Source: a virus
IMG/VR virus record: IMGVR_UViG_3300044732_000737
Location: 13,818-77,817 of that record
Length of the DNA: 64,000 bases
Reading direction: 5' to 3' (one strand)
Shown here: positions 22,001 to 31,418 of the stretch, one piece after another
How positions within the stretch are numbered: the stretch's first letter is position 1
Layout: every line of letters begins with the position of its first letter
Program-made: the position numbers and the translations under genes
Notes under the pieces: generated by a model
Database searches by the model: none
What the model saw: only the letters and a program-made list of their open reading frames with translations
Told to the model about the DNA's origin: nothing

Positions 22001-25000
22001 AGTAGCAATTCTAGCATCAAAGGCAATATCTTGCCCTTGGGTTTTGCTAACTCTTTCACTAAACTTTTCATATCTATTTAATAAAGTTTCTATTTGCTTT
22101 GTTGTCTTCTCTGAAACTTCACCAAGCTCTTTTGATTCTTCTTTAGCTGCGCCTATAGATTTTTCTATAGCTTTTGACAAACTAGTAAACTCACTTACAT
22201 CTTTTGGATTAATGTATTTTAAAGAAATTTGATCAGAAGAATTATTAAACTTAGTTGATAACTCAGGATTAATTTGTTTTAGGTTATTAGAAATATTAGT
22301 TGCACGTTTGCTAAACTTTTCAAACTGGCTAAATTCTTGAATAGCTCTTGGTATTGCTTCCTTTATACCTGTAGTAAACTCAATCAAGGTGTTAGTTGTT
22401 TTTCTTAAACCATCACTAAACTTTTCTGTGAATGTGTCCCCATCACCAATAGTATAAATTAAAGCTCCAAATAAAGTAATAACCCCAGTTGCTGCTGCTG
22501 CAGTACCTGTTAAAATAGGTATGAGTCTAGCTAACCAAGATACTTTATTCGAAGGGCCCATTAGAGCTGCATCTTTTAATAATCCAAATTGTTTTAACAC
22601 AAACTCAAAAGCCTTTGAGACGCCTGCACGAACAGAAGAACTACTTAGTAAAAACCATCCTAGTAAACCGCCTTCTAAAGCATAATTAGATACTGTAGCA
22701 GCAATGTCCATTACTCCAGCTTTTGCTTCAGTAGTAAATAAAGTAATTAATGCACTTAATGCGATTACTGTACCTGCTTTACCGAATAATATTTTTCCGA
22801 TTGCGCCTGTAGTTCCAAAAGTAGCGCCTAAACCCGCTAGTCCAGTAAATTTACCTTTTACAAACTCTAGGAATAAGTCTAGTTCCGCCTTTATTTTACT
22901 AGCTGCATTTAGCCCAGTAGCAGAGTTTAATATTGTATTTTTACTTACATCATTAGCTGCTTCTTTAGCAATACTACTTGCAGTGTTAACATAACTACCA
23001 AATGAATATGTTACTCCATCTGGTTTAGAACCAAGTATGAGGGCTTTTAGTAAGGAATCACCTGTCTTTGTAGCAGATGCAGCCTTATCTGCAGATTCTT
23101 TTGCTGTCTTAGTGAAATTACTAAACATATCTTTATCCATGCCAGCACCAGCCATTGAGAAGTCAGCAGCAGTAAAGCCACCTTTCATTCCTGCCTTTGG
23201 TCCAAAAATAAAATCAGATAAGGATAGTCCACCAGCTAAGAAAGATTTCTTACGTTCTTCATCAGTTACCCTCTTAATACCAGTAAACAATTTAGCAATT
23301 GTTGACTTTGCATTAGTTAGAATAGTTCCAGCAACGGTGCCATTATCAAATAATCTGGCAAACATATTTTGTAATACTGAACTACCTGCAGTTTGTGCAG
23401 TGATCATTGCTGTAATCTTTAAAAGAATACTCCTGACAGTATCAACTAGAATTTTACCGGCTACATCTCTACCTAAAATTGCAGTAAGTAAAAGTGGTGT
23501 TGCAACAAATGCGGCCTGTACAAAGTTTACTTCTTTTGTAAATACAGAGAGCAAAGCTGTAATACCGGCTACAGCGAAAGCGACATCAACCTTATCACCA
23601 AACACACGTTTAATAATTGATTCTTGTGTAAGTTTCTGTGTAGCGCTAGAAGATAAGATACCTCCTAATCCTTTGCTAACTTCTGAAATTTGTTTTGTAA
23701 TTTGATCAAAACCAACAACTCCAAATATCATTAAAGGTAAAATCCCAGTTTCACCTAATGTTAAAAGATTTAAAATACCTTTAATACCATTACCAATAAG
23801 ACCTAAATCACCTAGGAATTCGTTAATAAAACCTGAGCTAAAGCTTATGATTGCTCCGATAATAGAAGGGATTTCTTCAACAGCACCTTTTAATAAAGTT
23901 GCAAGAGTAGAACCTAAGTTCTTACCAATTTCACCAATGATTGAAAAATCAAAAACAGAGGATAATCCATTTTCTAAAGCAGAACCTAAATTCTTTGCTA
24001 GATTAATTCCTAATACAGCAACAAAAGTAGATAATGCTGCGGGACTAACTAAAGAGGCAATAATGCCACCAACAACGGCAGTAGACGCAACCCTAGCTGC
24101 TTTTTCTAATGAATCAGAATTAATTGATAACGTGTCTGTAATTTGTCCGCCAAAGTCACCAAAAGAAAAATCTTTCCTTGATAGGTTACTAAATAAGTTT
24201 ATTACGGAAGAACTAAAAGCTTTTATTTTCCTGGTACCCTCAGATACTAATTTATCTGACCAGTCCAAAATTCCTTCTACCATGTCTGGCCAGTAAGAAC
24301 GACCAACTACTTTATCGTAAATATCGAAAAATACCGCTTTAACTTTAATTCCAAAGGCACGAATATCAAGATACACATTGTTTAAAAGTTTAGTATACTT
24401 GTCTATTCTTTTTACACTCTCCTCATAATATCCAGCGTACTGTAGCTCAATCCCAAGGTTATGCCTAGCTCGCATTCCAATACCTGCAGCCGCCCTAACT
24501 AGAGCTGCATTACCTCTTCCAACTTGTTCAGTTGCTGATTTATAAAAACCAGATAAAGAGGAAAATAAATTTGAGGAAAAAGAAGAACTTAAAGCATCTT
24601 TAAATTTAATACCAAAAGTAATAAATAGTCTTAATGTGTCATCAAGTAAAGTTATAATTGAGTTTTTAACTGCCTTTGTAGATACTTGAAACCCTGTTGC
24701 AAATTTGTTTATGTTTAAAAGTCCAATTGATGAAACCATTAGCACTAAACTATTTGTAACACTTACAGCAAACTTCTCGGTGTATGCGGAAAATCCAGAA
24801 AGGCTAAAGATAAATCGGCCAATAGTATTTGACACGTTACCTAATACACCTCCAAATGACCTTCCTAATTCAATTAAATATGAACCAACAGATTGTGTTG
24901 CTAACTGGAAAGCAATAATAAATTTTTGGAAAATGACTGCGCCTAGTCTGTCAAAGAGTCTTATTATTTCAGATACATAATCTCCAATTGCTTTTATTTT

Positions 25001-26374
25001 GTCAAATCTCACATTGCCAATAACAATTAATTTATTTTCTAAAAGACCTAGACTAGCTAAGAATTCTCTGAATGGCATTAGGAATTTAACAATCTCTCGA
25101 TAGTTTAAGGCATCTAATAATGCTGTACCAATCTCTACGTCACCTGAAAGTATTTTCCACCATCCTTGTAGACTAGTCAAGTCTGGGTCTTTAATTACTT
25201 GCACAAGATTAGCAATATTCTTTTGTAGTTCAGGTATAGATTTTGACAAGGCTATTCTTGATATTGCATCAAAAAAGTCAGATTTATAATCTACGCCAAA
25301 GAATTGTAATGTTCTTCTAAATACAGCTGCAGTTGCTGTCAATACGCTTTTTAACCTTATAGACTCTTCTGTATAAAGTTTTAGGAATGCAATATTTAGA
25401 TTAGCACCTAATTGAAGTTGTAAAAAGGATACAACTGGAATTAATCTTTTAATCTCAATACTTAATTGAGCAAACAATGGAGCTACTGATCTACCTAAAT
25501 CTGCTGCAGTATCAATTGTGTTTTGAATACTAGCGGAAATAATAACTGCAGAGGTAACTATTGCATTTCTATTTTCAGCTATAATATCTGCTGCTACACT
25601 AATTGCTTTAGCTATTCCAGGAGTTGTTCCTGTTTCAGTAAAAATTTCACCTAAAGTTAGTCCCGATATGTTTCTTATTTTTAATAAAGATTGACTAATT
25701 GTTAATCCTACTTTTTCAAATTCAGCAGAGATTTGTTTAGATTGACTAGATAGTGCATCAAAAATAGCTTCGGTAGTTACTTTACCTTCTTGAGCTAAAG
25801 CACGAAGCTCTCCAAGGCTTACCCCTAGGCCATCTGCGATAGCTCTAGCGAGTCTAGGTGTTTGTTCAAATACTGAGTTAAGCTCTTCTCCACGGAGAGT
25901 GCCTGACTGTAAACCCTGATTAAGCTGGGTTAAAGCTGCTTTAATAGAGTCTGCAGAACCACCAGAGACAATGCTTGCCTTCTGAATAGTATCTGTAATT
26001 TTTAAAATTTCACTAGAAGGCTTTTTAAGAGATTTTGCTAATCCCGAAAATACTTCTGTCGTTGATTCAATGCTTGTTCTTGTGTTTTGGGATATCTTAA
26101 CAAGTTCTTGTTGAACTCGAATAAGCTCGCCCATATTATCTATACTTAATGAAAGTCTAGAATTTAATTGAACAAAAGAATCAGAGGTTTTCTGCACAAC
26201 AGCTGCAAAGCTGAATCCTGCAACAACTCCTGCAACGCTCTTAGCGAGAGAGGCAATCGAATCTGCTGTCGATTTTGCTGTATTCTCAATACCTTGGACT
26301 GACTTATTCAGTTTATTAAGGTCACGCTGGGCCTGTTGAGAATCAGAAGATATCGTAAATTGAATATCTGACAT
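19007..26374 (-). CDS. Tail tape measure protein
   Basis: 2455 aa, helical; N-terminal tape-measure domain QLNQGLQSGTLRGEELNSVFEQTPRLA; C-terminal FAAGG...AHAGEVILN. Confidence 0.95.
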   Translation of the reverse strand: MSDIQFTISSDSQQAQRDLNKLNKSVQGIENTAKSTADSIASLAKSVAGVVAGFSFAAVVQKTSDSFVQLNSRLSLSIDNMGELIRVQQELVKISQNTRTSIESTTEVFSGLAKSLKKPSSEILKITDTIQKASIVSGGSADSIKAALTQLNQGLQSGTLRGEELNSVFEQTPRLARAIADGLGVSLGELRALAQEGKVTTEAIFDALSSQSKQISAEFEKVGLTISQSLLKIRNISGLTLGEIFTETGTTPGIAKAISVAADIIAENRNAIVTSAVIISASIQNTIDTAADLGRSVAPLFAQLSIEIKRLIPVVSFLQLQLGANLNIAFLKLYTEESIRLKSVLTATAAVFRRTLQFFGVDYKSDFFDAISRIALSKSIPELQKNIANLVQVIKDPDLTSLQGWWKILSGDVEIGTALLDALNYREIVKFLMPFREFLASLGLLENKLIVIGNVRFDKIKAIGDYVSEIIRLFDRLGAVIFQKFIIAFQLATQSVGSYLIELGRSFGGVLGNVSNTIGRFIFSLSGFSAYTEKFAVSVTNSLVLMVSSIGLLNINKFATGFQVSTKAVKNSIITLLDDTLRLFITFGIKFKDALSSSFSSNLFSSLSGFYKSATEQVGRGNAALVRAAAGIGMRARHNLGIELQYAGYYEESVKRIDKYTKLLNNVYLDIRAFGIKVKAVFFDIYDKVVGRSYWPDMVEGILDWSDKLVSEGTRKIKAFSSSVINLFSNLSRKDFSFGDFGGQITDTLSINSDSLEKAARVASTAVVGGIIASLVSPAALSTFVAVLGINLAKNLGSALENGLSSVFDFSIIGEIGKNLGSTLATLLKGAVEEIPSIIGAIISFSSGFINEFLGDLGLIGNGIKGILNLLTLGETGILPLMIFGVVGFDQITKQISEVSKGLGGILSSSATQKLTQESIIKRVFGDKVDVAFAVAGITALLSVFTKEVNFVQAAFVATPLLLTAILGRDVAGKILVDTVRSILLKITAMITAQTAGSSVLQNMFARLFDNGTVAGTILTNAKSTIAKLFTGIKRVTDEERKKSFLAGGLSLSDFIFGPKAGMKGGFTAADFSMAGAGMDKDMFSNFTKTAKESADKAASATKTGDSLLKALILGSKPDGVTYSFGSYVNTASSIAKEAANDVSKNTILNSATGLNAASKIKAELDLFLEFVKGKFTGLAGLGATFGTTGAIGKILFGKAGTVIALSALITLFTTEAKAGVMDIAATVSNYALEGGLLGWFLLSSSSVRAGVSKAFEFVLKQFGLLKDAALMGPSNKVSWLARLIPILTGTAAAATGVITLFGALIYTIGDGDTFTEKFSDGLRKTTNTLIEFTTGIKEAIPRAIQEFSQFEKFSKRATNISNNLKQINPELSTKFNNSSDQISLKYINPKDVSEFTSLSKAIEKSIGAAKEESKELGEVSEKTTKQIETLLNRYEKFSERVSKTQGQDIAFDARIATLNFKAEPAKVEKSILKLAAEVSQVATSALARVVAYPLDALYNFFAFPFNELFDANIAYGFFTNFGQRIGLILNGDQSAEIFSDWSKRLTNSIRTDVSYLGQDIIDSAALIDFAFQEFADIGKGDLLGEERQQLVASINKTAQARDEALKNLRNAEGFRGFFLSPEERAQQRADIQQAKEELEKAVKDYAAVATRARDVKVRNIEVTVFQGDIKNLKENLDALKISYDANGVFNVEDLPGLKDKVEKLKQLQAQLLKTKDATEASNINAAISDIKIDVSLQLEKGASDTIKYQIETALKTANISGVNWVDLLNLGERQFTALYDRIRNVGVLTKELEAARIGEDFKKAESLAQRIRLETVGITYQLNQAKAASSGFADALLNLNFNALSDFSKIYSAPLKDQQKLVSLITEANQLQLQASQIENTTVGGRGDLDKVRKQIAARGKVVTEEIRKIREGFTPKPKEKEKTALENLEDQLNKSNVKSKIDDVIKSKIPLTEVINDLTKIGITISNINSLPKSKTGLPLDLVKAGEFKETLDKQIKEFDDKVSPKTLNNTFTELFRFSPDLLDKSFGELSAETIGKITAISKDIETALDQKYDPSKSLLANLLDFSKNKATIKAKTEEASKLLGLSLKDALASLNIDLADYLSYDAKTRENILALTKKIIDEEEKIKNLQTKGATQANLDERARAEQRKKNLERQRKELLTANTLGKQAALLGLDLTVILGLDEAKKNKLIKDRIELDKLNEKISNNQLLEGETLQGLIARRAVLIEQERQITDERSRQQSLQQAFLGQGKTLISDILKGKDNAGKAFFDAFSNTVIDNFSNQIGDFLFRDISKSLGQSLGTSIFGELGSSEAKPMYVKITQGLEGLIGNKDGILGGFADKLKVFGSGIGDFFSKGFSGLSSFFSFLPGFAAGGVIPGNMGSATPVLAHAGEVILNEAQQARVASAMSNQNQQVINLNITGDISRQTKSEIYRMLPSIAEGVNSHNREKGLR

Positions 26375-26390
26375 GATTTCTCCTTAAGTT

Positions 26391-26429
26391 AAAAAAGCCC
26401 TTAATATGTTTTTAGGCACATCAAGGGCT
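26391..26429 (-). terminator. Rho-independent terminator upstream of tape measure gene
   Basis: Minus-strand AGCCCUUGAUGUG/CAUAUUAAGGGCU 13-bp stem (2 G-U) followed by a U run. Confidence 0.7.
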
Positions 26430-26438
26430 AGGGAATGG

Positions 26439-26792
26439 TTATTCAATTGTGAAACCATTTTGTAAAATTGTATTTTCAATAAAGTATGGAGCAGCCTGTC
26501 TAGAGTGTCCAGCATTCAAATATACAATATAACCAGCATCATTAGATACTGTGTATTTCTTTCCAAAAAGATTGAAGAGTAATGGGGAATACTTAACATT
26601 ATAAGCTAATCCCGGTGAATTCAAAGTATTTAAACTCCATCTACTTCTTGCATATCCTGTATCGATAGGTGTAGCAAGGACAAGCTCTTCGACTAGTTTA
26701 TTTATTCTTTCTTCAGACTCTATATTAACTGTATCACTCATCTTTTTTATAAGTGATCCAAGTAGAGTTTTACTCCCTGTGATCTTGATCAT
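26439..26792 (-). CDS. HK97 gp10-like tail completion protein
   Basis: TPIDTGYARSRW and YIVYLNAGHSRQA motifs; start moved to ATG 26792 (GGGAGG RBS). Confidence 0.8.
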   Translation of the reverse strand: MIKITGSKTLLGSLIKKMSDTVNIESEERINKLVEELVLATPIDTGYARSRWSLNTLNSPGLAYNVKYSPLLFNLFGKKYTVSNDAGYIVYLNAGHSRQAAPYFIENTILQNGFTIE

Positions 26793-27162
26793 CGATAGAT
26801 ACCTCCCATTTAATATTCTCTGATACTGCAGCTTGTTGCAACCTAGCGAATAATCCAGAGGAAACAAGAGTACGGCTTAACCTTCTCTCTTCGGCTTCTC
26901 GATCAGCTACCTTCTTTATTTGGGCTAAAGAATTAAATAATGCCTCTGGTTTTTGTTTAACACCTTGAGCGGCTAATAACATATACGCTCTATTGTCATT
27001 TCTCCAACCAATAGGTCTTTCTTTAAAATACAATAGCCAATTTACTAACTCATCATATGGCATTTCACTTGTCAGTTGGTATACTGGCATTTTTAAATGA
27101 AATGCTAATTCATAGATTTCTAATAAATCAGCAGGAATTGTATTTACTTCTTGACGTTTCCC
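26770..27162 (-). CDS. Tail assembly chaperone, frameshifted (G-T) C-terminal part
   Basis: The -1 frame is open from the slippery site into the 106-aa ORF (...LAFHLKMPVYQL...ELVNWLLYF). Confidence 0.8.
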   Translation of the reverse strand, partial: GKRQEVNTIPADLLEIYELAFHLKMPVYQLTSEMPYDELVNWLLYFKERPIGWRNDNRAYMLLAAQGVKQKPEALFNSLAQIKKVADREAEERRLSRTLVSSGLFARLQQAAVSENIKWEVSIDDQDHRE

Positions 27163-27431
27163 AAGCCTGAGAATTCAAGAATATCACTAGATAAACGGCT
27201 TAGTTCTTCTAGTGGGAATTGTTCAATTTCGTCTGAAGAAAGGCTATCTGCACCTTCTACAGCGTTAGTGATTACGAAAGACAGTACTTCCATGCTATTA
27301 TCTTTCTCACCTGCATTTTGTGTAAGTTCTTGGATTGCCATAACTTGTGCTACGGTTAGCTTGTTGATTACAACTTCTTCTCCAAGAAATTTAACTTTCT
27401 TAGTCATTTTCTTACCGATTAAATGTTTCAT
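27144..27431 (-). CDS. Tail assembly chaperone (lambda G-like)
   Basis: 95 aa between tail tube and tape measure genes, ending in G GGA AAC. Confidence 0.8.
   Translation of the reverse strand: MKHLIGKKMTKKVKFLGEEVVINKLTVAQVMAIQELTQNAGEKDNSMEVLSFVITNAVEGADSLSSDEIEQFPLEELSRLSSDILEFSGLGNVKK
27156..27162 (-). promoter_or_regulatory. Programmed -1 frameshift slippery site G GGA AAC
   Basis: X XXY YYZ heptamer in the correct phase, 3 sense codons before the stop; the -1 frame joins the downstream ORF. Confidence 0.85.
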
Positions 27432-27448
27432 TTTATATTTCCTTACTT

Positions 27449-27694
27449 TTACTTATTATCACTAAATAGATGTTTGTTGTTCTCTTGAAAATCATCTAAT
27501 ACCTTGCGTACAGTATGTAACACCGATAATGTTTCCATAATCTCTTTACCTACTTGACTATCCTTATCGAAGTCTTGAAACCTCTCAAATGATTTACGAA
27601 TACTAATATCAACACTACGTCTCATATGACGGAATGTAGTTTTCATAACAAATGATTTACTGAATGGTGGTTTATCTTCTTTATTATCAACCAT
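27449..27694 (-). CDS. Hypothetical protein
   Basis: 81 aa, AAGGA RBS, first gene after promoter copy 2. Confidence 0.7.
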   Translation of the reverse strand: MVDNKEDKPPFSKSFVMKTTFRHMRRSVDISIRKSFERFQDFDKDSQVGKEIMETLSVLHTVRKVLDDFQENNKHLFSDNK

Positions 27695-27740
27695 AATTAT
27701 CCTTAAATACTATATAATACTACCTAGGGGAGGCCTCAGA

Positions 27741-27763
27741 TCTCTCTTTAGCGTCCCCTGGTA
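27741..27763 (-). promoter_or_regulatory. Phage RNAP promoter, copy 2 (TACCAGGGGACGCTAAAGAGAGA; predicted +1 at 27746)
   Basis: Identical to copy 1 over 23 bp; intergenic. Confidence 0.85.
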
Positions 27764-27785
27764 AAAAGGGGAAATTAATCCCCTA
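27763..27785 (-). terminator. Rho-independent terminator after major tail protein
   Basis: Minus strand AGGGGA-UUAAU-UUCCCCU followed by UUUU, about 6 nt after the stop codon. Confidence 0.75.
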
Positions 27786-27790
27786 AGCCA

Positions 27791-28342
27791 TTAAGATGCG
27801 TTTACAGTTGCTGGACCGTAGAACTGGCTTTGTACAGACAAAGTCAAAGTTGCTTGGTTAGCGTCTGTTAACTGTGGGCTTACTAGCAAAGCTTCTAACT
27901 TACCAACGAAGTAGAAGTTAGAGTTAGCACCAGCACCTAAACCCAATGCGTTAGTCTCAAGACTAGCTGGCTTGGAGTTCAAGAGGGAGAACTGGAAAGC
28001 ATATTGCTTACCGTCACCAACTCTAGCACCTAGACCACCTACAGTTGTAGGATCCCACTCGGAAGGCACGTAGTTAATCGTGAGTTCGAGGTTAGGAGCG
28101 TCAGATTGACCTTGAATCTGCTGTGATGTTGCTGAACCATAAACAGGAACGTTAACAATGTTAGCAGGAGTACCGATTTGTGGGAACTCACGAACGTTCT
28201 TGATTTCTTTGAATGCTGTATCATCAGCAAACAAAGCTACTAATTCTGATAGCGTATCAGCTGAAGTAATATTTGTGATAGCGGTAGTATTAACTGCGAG
28301 AGCAGAAAAGATACCAGCGCCAATTGAAGTAATGTGTGCCAT
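27791..28342 (-). CDS. Major tail (tube) protein
   Basis: FPQIGTPANIVNVPVYG...QIQGQSDAPNLELTINYVP motif; canonical position; followed by a terminator. Confidence 0.85.
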   Translation of the reverse strand: MAHITSIGAGIFSALAVNTTAITNITSADTLSELVALFADDTAFKEIKNVREFPQIGTPANIVNVPVYGSATSQQIQGQSDAPNLELTINYVPSEWDPTTVGGLGARVGDGKQYAFQFSLLNSKPASLETNALGLGAGANSNFYFVGKLEALLVSPQLTDANQATLTLSVQSQFYGPATVNAS

Positions 28343-28347
28343 GTTAT

Positions 28348-28749
28348 TTATTCTCCATAAGCTTTAAAATTTATTGAATAATCACCACGATAAAGAGATT
28401 TATCTGCGGGATCAAGGCCAAGCTTTACTAAAGTGCTTGTGCCAAATTGGGTTCCATTTGTCAAAGTCTTCCCTTGAAAAAATGAATCTATTGAGTCAGC
28501 AATGCTAAACAGTTGAGCATCACCGTTTCCTGCTTTAACAAAAATCGAAAGGATTAGCATCCCAGATAATTTTTTCTTAAGTCCATGAGCATCAACAGTA
28601 GACTTGCCAGGTAATATTGTTATTCTGATAAATGCAGAGGAACTATCAATAGCTCCGCTATAATTATCAGGATAAGCTTTATAACCAGTAGCAGTCCAAG
28701 CAGAAGATGCAAATACACCATAAACATCTGATTTTAATTTACTGAACAT
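28348..28749 (-). CDS. Tail terminator protein (putative)
   Basis: Position before the tube gene; FIRITILPG...GMLILSIFVKAGNG pattern. Confidence 0.65.
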   Translation of the reverse strand: MFSKLKSDVYGVFASSAWTATGYKAYPDNYSGAIDSSSAFIRITILPGKSTVDAHGLKKKLSGMLILSIFVKAGNGDAQLFSIADSIDSFFQGKTLTNGTQFGTSTLVKLGLDPADKSLYRGDYSINFKAYGE

Positions 28750-28750
28750 A

Positions 28751-29095
28751 TTAAACTCCCGCTAAAGAGAGTACAACTATGAACTCATCCTTTGAAATAA
28801 TATTACAACCGTATTCTACGGAATCAATTGTTACCCGAGAGTAGCGACTGAAATTAATTGTTTTATCATTTTTAATTGTAAGAGAAGTTGTTGTTACAGG
28901 AATTCCAGACTCATAAGTTTTAGACATACTTAAAAAACCAATGGTTGTGTAAGCTTGGTCTGTCTTAACTATTGAACCTGTGCTAAAACTAAATCCACTA
29001 ACGATTTTATTGTCAAAAGTAACAGATACAGATAGATCTTTTAATTTTTCAAAAGCAGTATCTACGGATCCTTGTACTTTTGATTTGAGAGACAT
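28751..29095 (-). CDS. Head closure protein (putative)
   Basis: 114 aa, beta-rich, follows the adaptor; assigned by synteny. Confidence 0.55.
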   Translation of the reverse strand: MSLKSKVQGSVDTAFEKLKDLSVSVTFDNKIVSGFSFSTGSIVKTDQAYTTIGFLSMSKTYESGIPVTTTSLTIKNDKTINFSRYSRVTIDSVEYGCNIISKDEFIVVLSLAGV

Positions 29096-29593
29096 TTAGT
29101 TTGCCCTCCACCATTGGCTAGAGCCTTGGTTTACTAAAAGTGGTTTTAGGTATTTCTTAACAAGACTAGGAACAACGGGTGTTCTAGTTGTGTCATTATT
29201 ACTATCTTTCAATGTAATCGTACCAATAGAAATTTCTTCAAAGTTTTGAGATTTATTATCTAACAAATTTTCATTAGACAATAAATGATGAGCCATTTCT
29301 AAAACAGCTTGTTTCATTCTTTTTGGAATTTCAGATTCACCATAAGTAATACTTCGCCCTAATCTAGGATCAAAAGTTGAAGCCCCTTTACGAGGCCACG
29401 CAAGACTCTGTGTGGAACTGACAGCAACACCAATAAATTGATTTTCATCAAGTAAAAGAGTTGCAGTCACTAATGCTGACTCTTGGTCATCATCCTGAGC
29501 ATTTATCCATGCACCCGCATCAATACGAGTATCAAAGTATGCTTCAGCTTCGACCATAGTTACATATGTGTTTGTACCTAGGACTAGTGCCAT
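29096..29593 (-). CDS. Head-tail adaptor protein
   Basis: NTYVTMVEAEAYF...QSLAWPR...IPKRMKQAVLEMA motif; immediately after the capsid gene. Confidence 0.8.
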   Translation of the reverse strand: MALVLGTNTYVTMVEAEAYFDTRIDAGAWINAQDDDQESALVTATLLLDENQFIGVAVSSTQSLAWPRKGASTFDPRLGRSITYGESEIPKRMKQAVLEMAHHLLSNENLLDNKSQNFEEISIGTITLKDSNNDTTRTPVVPSLVKKYLKPLLVNQGSSQWWRAN

Positions 29594-29610
29594 CAGTTCC
29601 TCCTAATGGA

Positions 29611-30702
29611 TTAAGCGTGGAGAATAGGTAGAATACCTAAGTTCAATGCGCTCATCTTACGTGCCCATGAACCAGCAGTGGCATAATTAGCGTTGCTAGC
29701 GAAGGCATTAGTAGCGCCAGCCCAGTCGTAACCCATTGGGTGTACAACGAAACCATAGCGATACCAGATAGCGGTAGAACCACCACCAGTATAAGAAGCA
29801 GCTGAACGATCAACTTCAACAGGTGTAGGAACAGCAATGTTTGTAAAGCTGATAGCACCTGGCTTGCAGATGAATGTGGTCTTTACAGAACGGTCATTTA
29901 CGTTAGCAGAGGCAGACAAGTCACCTTGAGCAACACGGCTCAAGATCAAACGGAACTTACCACCGAACACGGTTTGGAATGTCAAGTTACCATCGGTAAC
30001 AGTTGTGACATCAACCAAGTTAGCAGCACGCAACTCAGCCAACACTTCAGGTGAAGTGATCATGTACATGAAGTCTGGCTCATAATCCTTAAAGCCCATA
30101 CCTAGAGCTTGGAATAAACGCTGACCACGAGCAGCACCAATAGCTGTAGCGTCAAACAGCTTACGCTGATCAGATGCAGAAGTAGCAGCAGCACCAAAGG
30201 TACCGGCAGCGTTAATATCTACGAAGCTACCAACACCAGCGCCATCAGCGTCTGTGTCATAACCAACGATACCAGCACCACGAGAAACTTCGTATGCAGC
30301 TACACCTTTAAGTGTGGCGATAACGGCATCAGACTCGTCTTGGCTACGAACTTCAGAGAAGTCACGAGCAATCTTAGAGAGGCCATCTTGTTGTGAAACA
30401 ACTTGTTGTAGATTGACTTGCTCAGAACCAAAGGTACGAACTGTCTTAATGTAGTCAGCAATTTCGGTAGACACATCAGTGTAAGTACCTGCATTGGCGA
30501 CAGAGAGGCTAGCAACGTTAATGTTAGCTGCCAAAGGCTTGTACCAGCGCATTTGACCAATGAAGCTTTCGCCTGTTGGGTCAATACGGGCATCAGTACC
30601 AACGATGCCAGTGCTGTTAAGCTTCTTGGCATTTGTGTACATTTCGTCAGCGTATGCAGAAATAGCAATAGCTACGTTTTGGAACATTGTATGATTAATC
30701 AT
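29611..30702 (-). CDS. Major capsid protein
   Basis: 363 aa, strong codon bias, CAGGAG RBS, follows scaffold; VPTPVEVDR...GGG...RYGFVVHPMGYDW coat-protein motif. Confidence 0.9.
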   Translation of the reverse strand: MINHTMFQNVAIAISAYADEMYTNAKKLNSTGIVGTDARIDPTGESFIGQMRWYKPLAANINVASLSVANAGTYTDVSTEIADYIKTVRTFGSEQVNLQQVVSQQDGLSKIARDFSEVRSQDESDAVIATLKGVAAYEVSRGAGIVGYDTDADGAGVGSFVDINAAGTFGAAATSASDQRKLFDATAIGAARGQRLFQALGMGFKDYEPDFMYMITSPEVLAELRAANLVDVTTVTDGNLTFQTVFGGKFRLILSRVAQGDLSASANVNDRSVKTTFICKPGAISFTNIAVPTPVEVDRSAASYTGGGSTAIWYRYGFVVHPMGYDWAGATNAFASNANYATAGSWARKMSALNLGILPILHA

Positions 30703-30722
30703 TTAAAAAATCTCCTGTGATT

Positions 30723-31418
30723 TTAAAAGGTGAAGCTACCAAGCTTTCCACCTGCGGCAAGTGCTAACACTTCCTCGGTGGTCATTTCAGTAATCTTCTT
30801 GTTGGGATCGAGTTTGGGAGTACCGTTCATATTGTTACTACCACCCCCTGAATTAGATTTAGGTTTAAATAGGAAGGAATTATCTTCATTCTTCACATAT
30901 TGTCCTACAAAATCTTTGATTGATACACCTGATTTATGAATCCATGCACCAGTCTCTGGATCTTGGATGAGTTGATCGATAATATCACGATAAGCCATTT
31001 GGCTAGATCGGTCATTACGGAAATCAAGGTTAGTTAATGCATTGCGAACTGCACCATCTCTAGTGAGTTCAGTTACTTTGCTTTCGGCCAACGCAAGCTT
31101 CTCAGTGAGTTCTGCGAGCTTCATCTCAGCAACTTCTTTATGCTTACCTTCGTCCTCCAAAGCTTTCATCTTACGTTGTTTAGCTTCATCTTCTAAACGA
31201 ACACGCTCTTTAACAGCATTGTCACGTTCTTGATATGCTTTATCTAAACTAACTTTAATTTTAGAAAGACGCTCTTCAACCAAACGGTTAATCATGTCTT
31301 CTGTATCTTTGTTGTTAGTACCGCCTCCACCAGTATCAACCTGATCGGCTTGAAACTCTGGGTTAGGTGTGGTACCATCATCGAGGAACTCTTTGTTTCC
31401 GAACTTATCTACTTTCAT
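30723..31418 (-). CDS. Capsid scaffolding protein
   Basis: Acidic N-terminus, coiled coil, FLFKPKSNSGGGS C-terminal motif, directly upstream of the capsid gene. Confidence 0.8.
   Translation of the reverse strand: MKVDKFGNKEFLDDGTTPNPEFQADQVDTGGGGTNNKDTEDMINRLVEERLSKIKVSLDKAYQERDNAVKERVRLEDEAKQRKMKALEDEGKHKEVAEMKLAELTEKLALAESKVTELTRDGAVRNALTNLDFRNDRSSQMAYRDIIDQLIQDPETGAWIHKSGVSIKDFVGQYVKNEDNSFLFKPKSNSGGGSNNMNGTPKLDPNKKITEMTTEEVLALAAGGKLGSFTF

Noticed and set aside
12793-24980. Long antisense ORFs in the tail tip and tape measure genes (12793-13473, 23037-23705, 23847-24296)
   Set aside because: Codon-aligned antisense shadows of real minus-strand genes.
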